64,000 nt of DNA from Candidatus Omnitrophota bacterium. GTDB taxonomy: Bacteria > Omnitrophota > Omnitrophia > Omnitrophales > Aquincolibacteriaceae. Position numbers and translations under genes: made by a program. Shown here piece after piece: positions 19,637 through 28,780 of the stretch. The notes beneath the pieces are model-generated. The model did not search any database. It saw only the letters and a list, made by a program, of their open reading frames with translations, and had not been told where the DNA came from. The stretch lies in assembly GCA_043732705.1 (NCBI GenBank), contig JAYTHE010000006.1, positions 12,284 to 76,283 of the forward strand, in the 5' to 3' direction. Numbering within the stretch: position 1 is the stretch's first letter; each line of letters begins with the position of its first letter.

Positions 19637-20455
19637 ATGAAGAGCGCAAAACTGCGAAACATTAAACCGACGCTTGGCAGTATTCGACACATCAAGCTCA
19701 CACTTGAGTATGACGGCACCGATTTTTTCGGATTTCAGCGCCAGCCTAATCAACCGACAGTCCAGCAAGCAATCGAAGAAGCGCTCGAAAAATTACTCCA
19801 GCAAAAAACACGGCTGATTTCAGCCAGCAGCCGCACGGACGCGGGTGTGCATGCCGAAGAACAAATTATTCATTTCAAAACAGAAAGTATTTTGGCGCTG
19901 CACCGGATTGAACGCGGACTGAATCATTTTTTGCCGAAATCTATTGCGGTTACAAAAGCAGAAGAAGTTTCCGCGGACTTTCACGCGCGCTTTCAGCCTG
20001 TTGCTAAAATTTACGAATATCGCATTTGGAATCATTTTTCGCATCCTGCGATTTGGCGCAACCGAGCCTGCCACATCGTTGGTGAATTAGATTTGACGGC
20101 AATCAAACATGCCGCCAAATTTTTAACGGGTAAGCATGACTTTCGCGCTTTCACTTCGGTTGAAGTGATTGTCAAAAGTCGGACTATTGCCCGCAAAAAA
20201 ATTTCTTTTGTCCGTACTATTAAGAAATTAAATATTAAAAAACAGGGCAAAATGTTGATTTTTACCGTGGTGGCCGATGGTTTTCTTTATCATATGGTGC
20301 GTAATCTCGTCGGTACTTTGACGGCGGTTGGGAAGGGGAAAATGAAGGCCGGAGATATGCCCGCAATCTTAAAATCCCATGACCGTAAGCGTTCGGGACC
20401 TACTTTGCCTGCTTGCGGGCTAACGCTAAAACGGGTGATTTACCCGTCAGCCTAA
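19637..20455 (+). CDS. truA: tRNA pseudouridine(38-40) synthase
   Basis: LEYDGTDFFGFQRQ...RTDAGVHA motifs; start placed at MKSAKL ATG. Confidence 0.85.
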   Translation: MKSAKLRNIKPTLGSIRHIKLTLEYDGTDFFGFQRQPNQPTVQQAIEEALEKLLQQKTRLISASSRTDAGVHAEEQIIHFKTESILALHRIERGLNHFLPKSIAVTKAEEVSADFHARFQPVAKIYEYRIWNHFSHPAIWRNRACHIVGELDLTAIKHAAKFLTGKHDFRAFTSVEVIVKSRTIARKKISFVRTIKKLNIKKQGKMLIFTVVADGFLYHMVRNLVGTLTAVGKGKMKAGDMPAILKSHDRKRSGPTLPACGLTLKRVIYPSA

Positions 20456-20529
20456 AAGGCTAAAAAGCCGCGCTCTATTCGAGGGTAAGCCTAGGGGAAA
20501 ATACCTTAGTAGAGCGTAAGAAAATAATT

Positions 20530-20558
20530 TTGACACCCCCCAAGTCCTTTGCTATACT
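20530..20558 (+). promoter_or_regulatory. strong sigma70 promoter TTGACA-N17-TGCTATACT (extended -10) for rplM-rpsI
   Basis: Consensus -35, 17-nt spacer, TGn-extended -10, read from sequence. Confidence 0.55.
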
Positions 20559-20590
20559 CCGCTCTCTTTTGCCGCCCTGTTTTGTATTCG

Positions 20591-20658
20591 CCTCTGTGCG
20601 CTAAGGCGCACAACCGAGCGGTAATAATTGTTTGGCTCTGCGCTTCGCGCAACCGCAA
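20591..20658 (+). repeat. two tandem family-C REP-like hairpins in the rplM leader
   Basis: CTCTGTGCGC-TAAG-GCGCACAACCG then GCTCTGCGC-TTC-GCGCAACCGCAA. Confidence 0.5.
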
Positions 20659-20688
20659 AGCGGTTTACAGCATGAAATTAAGGGAACT

Positions 20689-21117
20689 ATGAAGACATTT
20701 CGTATTGCAGATAAAGATATCGAGCACAAAGTATGGCTCGTCAACGCCGACGGAAAAACGTTGGGACGTCTTGCTACTAAAGTAGCGCAGCTTTTAATCG
20801 GTAAGGGTAAGCCTTATTTCGCTAAAGACCAAGTTGTGGGCGATTATGTTGTTGTGATTAATGCCGCTAAAATTAAAGTTACCGGCCGTAAGCATGAACA
20901 AAAAACCTATACACGCTATTCCGGCTATCCAGGTGGGTTGAAGTCAGTCGTTTATGAGGACTTTCAAGCTAAGAAGCCCACGGAAATTATTACACGTGCC
21001 GTTTCACGCATGCTTCCTAAAAATAATATCGGCGAAGAAATGCGCCGCCGCATCCGCGTTTTTGAAGGCGCGGAGCATAATCAACAGGCGCAAAAGCCCG
21101 TTGCAATTGAGGTATAA
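20689..21117 (+). CDS. rplM: 50S ribosomal protein L13
   Basis: MKTFRIADKDIEHKVWLVNADGKTLGRLAT... matches L13; RBS AAGGGA. Confidence 0.9.
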   Translation: MKTFRIADKDIEHKVWLVNADGKTLGRLATKVAQLLIGKGKPYFAKDQVVGDYVVVINAAKIKVTGRKHEQKTYTRYSGYPGGLKSVVYEDFQAKKPTEIITRAVSRMLPKNNIGEEMRRRIRVFEGAEHNQQAQKPVAIEV

Positions 21118-21122
21118 ATAAA

Positions 21123-21512
21123 ATGGCAGAAGTTATTTACGCAACCGGACGCCGCAAATCAGCTATCGCGCGCGTTTGGATTTTTCCCGGTCAAAAAGGT
21201 TTTACGATCAATGGTAAAGATTCCGCTAAATATTTAAAGCGCGCGAATTTGCAGATGGTTGTGGATCAGCCGATTCAAGCCGTTAGCCCTAAAGAAGTCG
21301 TTCGTATCCGCGCCCGCGTTATCGGCGGCGGCATTGCCGGTCAAGCCGGAGCGGTTCGCCTCGGAATTTCCCGTGCGCTTGTGAAACTTAATGAAAAATT
21401 TCAGCCTGCTTTGCGTAAGGGCGGCTTTTTAACGCGTGATCCGCGTCAGAAAGAAAGAAAGAAATACGGTAAAAAAGGCGCACGCCGCGGTTTTCAGTTT
21501 ACAAAACGCTGA
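21123..21512 (+). CDS. rpsI: 30S ribosomal protein S9
   Basis: C-terminal ...KKYGKKGARRGFQFTKR typical of S9. Confidence 0.9.
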   Translation: MAEVIYATGRRKSAIARVWIFPGQKGFTINGKDSAKYLKRANLQMVVDQPIQAVSPKEVVRIRARVIGGGIAGQAGAVRLGISRALVKLNEKFQPALRKGGFLTRDPRQKERKKYGKKGARRGFQFTKR

Positions 21513-21514
21513 TT

Positions 21515-21706
21515 ATGTTTTTGCCTCTGCGGCCAGCTTTTTTAGCTCTGTCGCGTTGGCACAACTGCAGCAACCGGCGGCTCAAATCAGCAGTGGTTGT
21601 TTTTATTTTGTTGCTGGCATTCGGAGTTCTCTCCGGATGCCAGTCTTTTTTTGAGGATTACCAGTACGCGCCGGTAGCATCGTCGTCGTCCGGTTCTTCT
21701 TACTAA
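21515..21706 (+). CDS. candidate small lipoprotein (63 aa; signal peptide with lipobox LSGC, Ser-rich tail)
   Basis: RRLKSAVVVFILLLAFGVLSGCQ is a textbook lipoprotein signal; no obvious RBS, start uncertain. Confidence 0.3.
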   Translation: MFLPLRPAFLALSRWHNCSNRRLKSAVVVFILLLAFGVLSGCQSFFEDYQYAPVASSSSGSSY

Positions 21707-21760
21707 TTTTGGCGCGATCGGATCAGACCCGATCGTAATTGGCTGTGATATACTGACCCC

Positions 21761-21871
21761 ATGAATCCCGTTAGACTCTTAACCAACGTTGTTATAAATA
21801 ATTATAAATTTATGTGTAGGAAAATTTTGCATTCATACAGATTTTATTTGAAGAGAGTCTAACGGGATGAA
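21761..21871 (+). repeat. family-A ~110-nt MITE-like element flush with the AsmA-like gene start codon
   Basis: See 14521..14631. Confidence 0.6.
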
Positions 21872-24317
21872 TTTCAAGAAATATTTTTTTACCGTCGTTT
21901 CCATTCTCATCTTCTTTCTGGTTGTTTTTTTATCCGCGGTTTTTTTACGCTATCATTCTTGGAGCACCGATCCTCGCCCCGCGGAAAAGCTGGCGGCTTA
22001 TTTTTCGCGCATTACGAAGAGTGATTTTCAATATAAGTCTTTGGAATGGCGGCTTTTGCCTTTTCCTGCGGCTCGTTTTTCTGAGCCCGTTTTTAAATTT
22101 AAAAGTGATTTGCATCATGAGCTCAAAGCGCGTTCATTAGTTTTAAATCTTGATCTAGTGAAGCTCCTCTTTGGAGATTTTGGGTTTTCTGAGCTTCATC
22201 TCAGCGAGGGAGAGTGGCATGGCCAGATTGACGCGCCTAAGGGGGTGCATAATTTTGTGGTCGAGCATATTGACCTGAAAACTTCTGCGCTTTTGTCGGA
22301 TCGGCCCGTAAAAATTTATATGAGCGGAGATACCGGCGGCCGGAGGAAAGCGGTTGTCATTCACGGCGATTTAAAATTACCGCCGCTTGAAGAGCCGCGT
22401 CTAGATAGTTTGGGTTTCGAAGTTCAGGTTTTAACGCGTAATTTTAAGTTTGAAGACAGTCCGGAATGGGAATTTTTAGGCTGGATTCCAAGCTCGGGGC
22501 TTTCTGACTTTTTAATTGAATTAAAACATGAGCCCATGAGTGATCGTGTTGATTTTTCGGGTGATGCGGGACTGCATGAACTTTCTTTCCGCTCCGCAGA
22601 TCAGGCCAAAGCAGTGCCGTATAAAGTCGGAAATTTGCAGGTTAAATTTGCGGGGTATTTCAGTCCGAAGACGGATGAATTAAAATTTACGCATTGTTCC
22701 GCCGCGTTGCCTTTCTCACAATTTAATCTTCAAGGCGCTTATCTCCCGCATCGCCGTGAATTCCGTTCGATGACGTTTAGTTTTTCAAATGTCAAATTGG
22801 ATGACTTGCCGTCTTATTTCCCGGATATGAAAAACCGAATTCCTTACTTTATCGGATTTTCAGGACAAACGGACTTGAGTTTTTCACTTAATGGATTTCC
22901 GAATCATTTAAAAATTTACGGTGATTTCGATTTGACGCATACCTTGTTTACTTACGGGCGCTTCTTTCAAAAAGCCAAGGAAAAACCATTTCGCATCAAG
23001 ACCGACTTTGATTGGGCGGCGCAGCTGTTGTCCGGAGAGTTTTCGGGCAGTCTTGATAACCTGACATTTAAAGGCAATCTTCCGGAGTGGCGGCCATCGG
23101 GGGCCATGAAAATTAATTTTATTACGAATGCTTTTGCCGCCGATCAACTGCCCGGGTTTGTGCCCTTTTTGTCGAGTTATGAGTTAGGCGGAACCATGAA
23201 ACTTTTTGCGAACTTTGACGGTAATTTACAAAGCACCGCTCCTTTTCAAAAAATGTTTCATTTAAATATGCAAGAGGGCCGTATTTTAAGAAAAGGCACT
23301 GGTTCGGGCTTTAAAGATTTGGACTTGGATTTGGACTTTGGCCCGTTATTGATGGAAGTCAAGGCGCCGCGGTTTTCGGTGGGGGGATCATTTTTTGAAG
23401 GTGCGCTGAAAGGAATTCATCCTGAAAAGGATCCGAAGTGGGAAGGGCATTTGACCTCCCAAAAATTGATTGCCGCTAGTGTTTGGAAGGAATGGAAAGA
23501 ATTTTGGGGCGGTGAAAATGCGGCCTGGCTTGAGCGCCTGCATCCGTGGCTTCAAAAAATGATTTTGAGCGAGGATCCTTATGAGTCAGTAAAAGCAGAT
23601 TTTTCATCGGAAAATAATGCTTCTCAGATTCATTCGCTTGAGGCCAAGGCTTTTGACGGGCAGTTGTCCGGATCCGTCTCTGTTCAGACGGTCGATCAAG
23701 GCCAAAAAACTGAACTAAAAATGAATGGCGCGGGGATGGATGCGGCCCGCTTGTTTAAGCTTTTGGGCGCTACGCAGCCCGCCTTAGAAGGCCGGGTGGA
23801 TTGGAAGGCTGAATTGGAAGGCTCGCCGGCTTCAGGTCATACGGATTGGTCGGGGCCGATTTCGCTTTCGATAAAAAATGGTTTCTTAAATCACTTTGGT
23901 TATGTTCAGGCTTTTGAACAGATGGAAACTTTAAAGAAGGCGTCTTCAGAAGGCAGCGACCGGTTGGCTTTTAAATTTTTGAACGTCGAGGGTCATGTTG
24001 AAAATGAACGATTTAAAGCCAGTCAGGTTAATTTTGAAAATGAACAAATTCAAGTTGAGGGTGAAGGCGAGGTAACCGGCGACGGCATCTTGAATTTCCG
24101 GTTAAAAACTCATCTTGAGGCGGGATACTTCCGGCAGCTTTTTCCAAAACGCGCGGATGATTTTATTTCCGGGCAGGATAAATTTTTTGGCCCTATCACT
24201 TTGCTTGCGTCCGGTCCGTTGGATGGTTTGAATGTTAAGCCGGATCCGCAGTCGGTTGCCGAATTAGCAAGCTGGTATGCGCATAAAAAGACCGAGTCCC
24301 TCTCGAAGTATCTGTAA
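21867..24317 (+). CDS. AsmA/TamB-like membrane-anchored envelope protein (N-terminal TM, large periplasmic region)
   Basis: 816 aa with N-terminal TM helix and beta-rich remainder; family call from architecture only, no strong motif. Confidence 0.4.
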   Translation: MNFKKYFFTVVSILIFFLVVFLSAVFLRYHSWSTDPRPAEKLAAYFSRITKSDFQYKSLEWRLLPFPAARFSEPVFKFKSDLHHELKARSLVLNLDLVKLLFGDFGFSELHLSEGEWHGQIDAPKGVHNFVVEHIDLKTSALLSDRPVKIYMSGDTGGRRKAVVIHGDLKLPPLEEPRLDSLGFEVQVLTRNFKFEDSPEWEFLGWIPSSGLSDFLIELKHEPMSDRVDFSGDAGLHELSFRSADQAKAVPYKVGNLQVKFAGYFSPKTDELKFTHCSAALPFSQFNLQGAYLPHRREFRSMTFSFSNVKLDDLPSYFPDMKNRIPYFIGFSGQTDLSFSLNGFPNHLKIYGDFDLTHTLFTYGRFFQKAKEKPFRIKTDFDWAAQLLSGEFSGSLDNLTFKGNLPEWRPSGAMKINFITNAFAADQLPGFVPFLSSYELGGTMKLFANFDGNLQSTAPFQKMFHLNMQEGRILRKGTGSGFKDLDLDLDFGPLLMEVKAPRFSVGGSFFEGALKGIHPEKDPKWEGHLTSQKLIAASVWKEWKEFWGGENAAWLERLHPWLQKMILSEDPYESVKADFSSENNASQIHSLEAKAFDGQLSGSVSVQTVDQGQKTELKMNGAGMDAARLFKLLGATQPALEGRVDWKAELEGSPASGHTDWSGPISLSIKNGFLNHFGYVQAFEQMETLKKASSEGSDRLAFKFLNVEGHVENERFKASQVNFENEQIQVEGEGEVTGDGILNFRLKTHLEAGYFRQLFPKRADDFISGQDKFFGPITLLASGPLDGLNVKPDPQSVAELASWYAHKKTESLSKYL

Positions 24318-24508
24318 CATTTAGGTTCTGGGCGGAACGCCCAACCACCGGTCCTCAACTCTAATATTTAATCAAGCTTCCCTGATAGAGCCATTTGCTG
24401 CTTTGCGTTTGAGCGAAGCTCAGAGCAAAAATTATAGCCGGAATTTTTTCCGCAGTTTGATGACGAGATTCCTAGCAGCTTTTAAATGAAGCCGCAAGTT
24501 AAGGAGTA

Positions 24509-24555
24509 GAGCGACATAACTTGCATGGCGGAATTTATACCGAGCGGCGGTAGCC
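24509..24555 (+). repeat. family-E element GAGCGACATAACTTGCATGGCGGAATTTATACCGAGCGGCGGTAGCC
   Basis: Shares GAGCG(C/A)CATAAC(A/T)TGC…G(C/G)GAATTTATACCG(G/A)GCG(G/C)CG(G)TAGC with 38451..38516. Confidence 0.4.
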
Positions 24556-24589
24556 AAAATGCTCGGCATGTACCCAGACTAGCAATTCT

Positions 24590-25300
24590 TTATAATTTGA
24601 ATCGCTTTCTCAATTTAAGTACTAGCATTCTCGCTGCTTTTTCTTCCGCTTCTTTTCTGGATCTTGCCACTGCTTTGGCGCGTTTCTGTCCATCGATCCA
24701 GGCGACAACCTGAATTCCCTTGGCGACCTGTGAGCTGTCATATTGAGGCAGTTTTTTCCAGTGTTTCTGGCTGATTTCTTGAAGCGTGCTTTTTGGATTG
24801 GGATCAAGCCGGAAAAGTTTTTTAATGTCAAAGTATTCGTCAAAGTGCGTGAGAATAAAATTTTCCGCGGCTTTTTTTCCGCGGTCAAAATAAATGGCGG
24901 CGATTAAAGATTCAAAAACATCCGCCAGCACCTTTGCTTTCAGAAAAGACGGGGAGGACTTTTTAAATCCGCGCCCAAGCCGCATAAATTTATTCAGTTT
25001 CAGGTCTCGCGCGATTTTAATTAGGATTCTGCGTGAAACGAGCGTGGACCGGAGACGGCTCAAAAGTCCTTCGTCGGCATCCTTAAATGTTTGATAAATT
25101 TTTCTGCAAACCACTTCGTTGAGAATGGCATCACCGAGAAACTCCATGCGGTCAAAATGATCCAATCCCGGAATCGGGTTTTCATAACGAAATGACGGGT
25201 GAGTTAAAGCGGACTCGTAACCGTACGGTTTTTTAATTTTGAGCCCCAAGGTTTTTTCAAGCGCCTTGAAATCAATGGGGCGAATCGTGCGTGTTGCCAT
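24590..25300 (-). CDS. rnc: ribonuclease III
   Basis: RNase III signature HPSF...ERMEFLGDAILN and C-terminal dsRBD. Confidence 0.9.
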   Translation of the reverse strand: MATRTIRPIDFKALEKTLGLKIKKPYGYESALTHPSFRYENPIPGLDHFDRMEFLGDAILNEVVCRKIYQTFKDADEGLLSRLRSTLVSRRILIKIARDLKLNKFMRLGRGFKKSSPSFLKAKVLADVFESLIAAIYFDRGKKAAENFILTHFDEYFDIKKLFRLDPNPKSTLQEISQKHWKKLPQYDSSQVAKGIQVVAWIDGQKRAKAVARSRKEAEEKAARMLVLKLRKRFKL

Positions 25301-25439
25301 GGGGCGGTAAACTAAAGGCTTTTGGGCATTGTGTCAATGTGTCAAATTGCGTCAGTTTTTGGCTTCTTGTCTCTTGTTCGAAGCCGTTCGTCCCCTTATA
25401 ATACCTCTTCATTTTTAAGGGGCTAAAAGGCTTGGTTTT

Positions 25440-26468
25440 ATGAGTACAAAGAAAGCATCAGTTATTGGGGCAACGGGTTACGTCGGCGTTGAGCTGACGC
25501 GGTTTTTATTAAGGCACCCGCATGTCCAAATTTCAAGGCTGACGACCAGCCAGCCGCAAGGTGTTCCGATGCAGACCCTTTTACCTGAAATTCATGCCGC
25601 TGCCGCACATCAGGTTGTTCCTTATAACAAAGAAGATGTGATTAAAAACTCGGATGTGGTTTTTCTTTGCCTTCCGCATACCGAGGCGATGCAGCATGCC
25701 GCGGCTTTTCTGGAAGCGGGGAAGACGGTCATTGATTTATCCGCTGACTTCCGGCTTAAGAATCCGGCGGAATATCCCGTTTGGTATGGCGTTGAGCATT
25801 TATCACCAGACCTGTTGAAGAAATCCGTTTACGGTTTGTGCGAATTTTACCGCGATGCCGTTAAAAAAGCAGATTTGATCGCGAACCCGGGATGCTACCC
25901 GACAGGTTCATTACTTGCGTTGCTGCCGCTCGTGAAGAAAAAATTGATTCATTTGAACTCAATCGGAATCACCGCCGCATCAGGCGTGAGCGGTGCGGGC
26001 AAGAAACCTTCAGCTACAACACATTTTTGCGAAACGCATGAAAATTATTTTGCTTATAAAGTCGGCAAGCATCAGCACACGCCCGAAATTGAACAAATTC
26101 TTGCTGAAGGTGCGGGAGCTTCGCTCAAGATTGATTTTACAACGCATCTTTTACCGGTGAACCGCGGTATCCTTTCCACCATTTACGCTAAAAAAGCTGC
26201 GGGCGTGCACGAAGGGCAAATCCGCGCGGCTTACGAAGAGTTTTATGGCAAGAGCTTGTTTGTCCGGTTTAAAAAGAGCGGAGAATACCCCGCGTTGAAA
26301 GACGTGCAGCATTCTAATTTTTGCGATATCGGCGTGCTTGTGAATCCGCGTACGGATACGGTCACGGTCATTTCAGCGATTGATAATTTAGTAAAAGGTG
26401 CCGCGGGCCAGGCGGTTCAAAATTTTAATATTCGGTTTGGCTTCGAAGAAGGAACTGCGCTTTTATGA
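25440..26468 (+). CDS. argC: N-acetyl-gamma-glutamyl-phosphate reductase
   Basis: ASVIGATGYVG, NPGCYPT active-site region. Confidence 0.9.
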   Translation: MSTKKASVIGATGYVGVELTRFLLRHPHVQISRLTTSQPQGVPMQTLLPEIHAAAAHQVVPYNKEDVIKNSDVVFLCLPHTEAMQHAAAFLEAGKTVIDLSADFRLKNPAEYPVWYGVEHLSPDLLKKSVYGLCEFYRDAVKKADLIANPGCYPTGSLLALLPLVKKKLIHLNSIGITAASGVSGAGKKPSATTHFCETHENYFAYKVGKHQHTPEIEQILAEGAGASLKIDFTTHLLPVNRGILSTIYAKKAAGVHEGQIRAAYEEFYGKSLFVRFKKSGEYPALKDVQHSNFCDIGVLVNPRTDTVTVISAIDNLVKGAAGQAVQNFNIRFGFEEGTALL

Positions 26469-27688
26469 ACAAGATGACGGGTATAAAACTTTTAAAAAAT
26501 GGTTCTTTGACTTCCGCGAAGGGGTTTCTCGCTTCCGGCATGTTTTGCGGCATCAAGCGCGTATCTAAAAAATATGATATCTCCCTCGTTGTTTCAGAAA
26601 AAGCCGCGACAGCCGCAGGCGTTTTTACGGTGAATCGCGCGAAAGCATGGCCGGTTTATCTTGCGATCAAAAATTTGAAAAATGCGAAGCATATGGCGAT
26701 TCTTGGAACAAGCGGCAATGCGAATTGTTTGAACGGCCTTACGGGTCAAGCAGCCGCATGGACATGCTTGAAAGCGGCGGCGGATGAATTGGGTGTTAAG
26801 ACGGAAGAAGTTTTAATCGCGCAAACCGGGATTATTGGGATGCGTTATCCGGTGCATTGTGTGGAGCGGGCCATGCCGGAGCTTGTCAAAAGTTTATCGA
26901 CCGAGGGTGGGCATGCCGCAGCGCGGGGAATTCTTACAACCGATAAACGCACAAAAGAAATCGGTGTTTCATTTACATTGGGCAGTAAGAAAGTAACCAT
27001 CGGCGCGGCCGCGAAAGGCGCGGGCATGGTGCATCCGTACATGGCGACCATGCTTTGTTTTATTACAACTGACGCGGCGATTTCAAAACCACTTTTGCAT
27101 AAATCTCTTAAAACTGCCGTTCAAACCACATTTAATGCGATTGCGATTGATAACGACATGAGTACGAATGACTGTGCATTTGTTTTGGCAAACGGTTTAG
27201 CGGGCAACCGTGAAATAAAAAAGGAAAACGCGGATTACAAAAAGTTTTCCGCAGCGCTTGAGTTTTTACTTAAAGAGGTCGCAGTAGGTCTTGTTGAAGA
27301 CGGTGAAGGCGTAAAACATGTTTGCCACATTACAGTGAAAAACGCTAAGTCCGATGCGGAAGCCGCAAAAGCCGCGCGGCAAGTTGGAAATTCGATGCTT
27401 TTTAAAACTATGGTTACCGGCGAAGATCCGAATTGGGGACGTATTATCGCGGCAGTCGGTGCCAGTCAGATTCAATTTAATCCGCAGAAATTTTCTGTAG
27501 CTATCGGCGGCGTGCCGATTGTACGGGAAGGTGTCGTGCGTTTTTCAAATCGTCCCAAAGCAAAAAAGGTTATGGCCAATTCCCATTTTGATGTCACCGT
27601 GGATTTGCATTATGGAAAAGGCAGCTCAACATTTGTGACTTCGGATTTAACGCACGAATATGTCTCTATCAACGGAGCTTATTCATAA
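26465..27688 (+). CDS. argJ: bifunctional glutamate N-acetyltransferase/amino-acid acetyltransferase
   Basis: ArgJ family (ATMLCFITTDAAIS autoprocessing region); start overlaps argC stop. Confidence 0.9.
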   Translation: MNKMTGIKLLKNGSLTSAKGFLASGMFCGIKRVSKKYDISLVVSEKAATAAGVFTVNRAKAWPVYLAIKNLKNAKHMAILGTSGNANCLNGLTGQAAAWTCLKAAADELGVKTEEVLIAQTGIIGMRYPVHCVERAMPELVKSLSTEGGHAAARGILTTDKRTKEIGVSFTLGSKKVTIGAAAKGAGMVHPYMATMLCFITTDAAISKPLLHKSLKTAVQTTFNAIAIDNDMSTNDCAFVLANGLAGNREIKKENADYKKFSAALEFLLKEVAVGLVEDGEGVKHVCHITVKNAKSDAEAAKAARQVGNSMLFKTMVTGEDPNWGRIIAAVGASQIQFNPQKFSVAIGGVPIVREGVVRFSNRPKAKKVMANSHFDVTVDLHYGKGSSTFVTSDLTHEYVSINGAYS

Positions 27689-27693
27689 AACCG

Positions 27694-27793
27694 ATGAAAA
27701 AGTCCATCTGCTGCGTTGCGTCCCTCGCTTCCTTGTGCGGCGTATTAGCTTATACGCCTCCGCGGTCGCTCGAACGCGCCTTGCATCTGAATC
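27694..27793 (+). repeat. family-B repeat copy after the argJ stop
   Basis: Aligned by eye with 17086 and 59718 copies. Confidence 0.6.
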
Positions 27794-27849
27794 TTTTTGA
27801 CCGGTTTTAATTTTAGTTATTTTAAGTATTGAGGATATAGATAAAGTTT

Positions 27850-28704
27850 ATGGAAGAATTGATTGCAAAAGCCAGCACGCTGATTGAAGCGCTGCCGTAT
27901 ATCAAAAGTTTCCGGGGCAAGGAAATTCTTGTTAAGTACGGCGGGGCTGCGCTTCGTCACGGTGAAGTGCGGAAACATATTCTGCAGGATCTTGTGTTTA
28001 TGCAGTTCGTCGGAATTAAACCGATTCTTGTGCATGGCGGCGGAAAACATATTACCGAAAATATGGAAAAGAAAGGTTTGGTTTCCAAATTTTTAAATGG
28101 CTTGCGCGTAACGGATGAACCGGCGGTGCAGGTGGTTGTTGAAACACTTGCCGCGATTAACCGCGAGCTGGTGAATGATTTGAATCACTTAGGCGGCAGC
28201 GCCGTAGGGCTTTCGGGACATGACAACGATATTTTGCATGTCGAGCGGCACACGAAGAACGGTGACTTGGGTTTTGTCGGCGATGTAACCAAAGTAAATA
28301 TTTTTCATATCCGCCAGATGACGGATGCAGGAATTATTCCCGTAATTTATCCGGTCGGAATCGATAAAGACGGTCAAACTTATAACGTGAACGCAGACGA
28401 AGCCGCCTGCAATATTGCGATGGCGCTTAAAGTTCCTAAGTTGATGATGCTGACTGACGTGAGAGGCGTCATGCTTAATCACAAGGATGAGAGTACATTA
28501 GTGCCGACTTTGACTTTGGAAGAAACTGAAAGCTTGATCAAAAATGGCACGATTAGCGGTGGGATGATTCCCAAAGTGGAATGCTGCCTGGAAGTCATCC
28601 GCAAAGGCGTTAAAAAAGCCCACATCGTGGACGGCCGCATGAAACATCCACTGCTTTTGGAAGTCTTCACTGATAAGGGTGTCGGAACCGAATTCGTCCG
28701 TTAA
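27850..28704 (+). CDS. argB: acetylglutamate kinase
   Basis: ILVKYGGAAL...ILVHGGG amino-acid kinase motifs. Confidence 0.9.
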   Translation: MEELIAKASTLIEALPYIKSFRGKEILVKYGGAALRHGEVRKHILQDLVFMQFVGIKPILVHGGGKHITENMEKKGLVSKFLNGLRVTDEPAVQVVVETLAAINRELVNDLNHLGGSAVGLSGHDNDILHVERHTKNGDLGFVGDVTKVNIFHIRQMTDAGIIPVIYPVGIDKDGQTYNVNADEAACNIAMALKVPKLMMLTDVRGVMLNHKDESTLVPTLTLEETESLIKNGTISGGMIPKVECCLEVIRKGVKKAHIVDGRMKHPLLLEVFTDKGVGTEFVR

Positions 28705-28780
28705 AAGCTTCGGTTGTGGGGCTTTGATTTTTAATAAAAATAACTCTGTCGCAGAGAAGCTTTTAACTTAAATAAAACAA

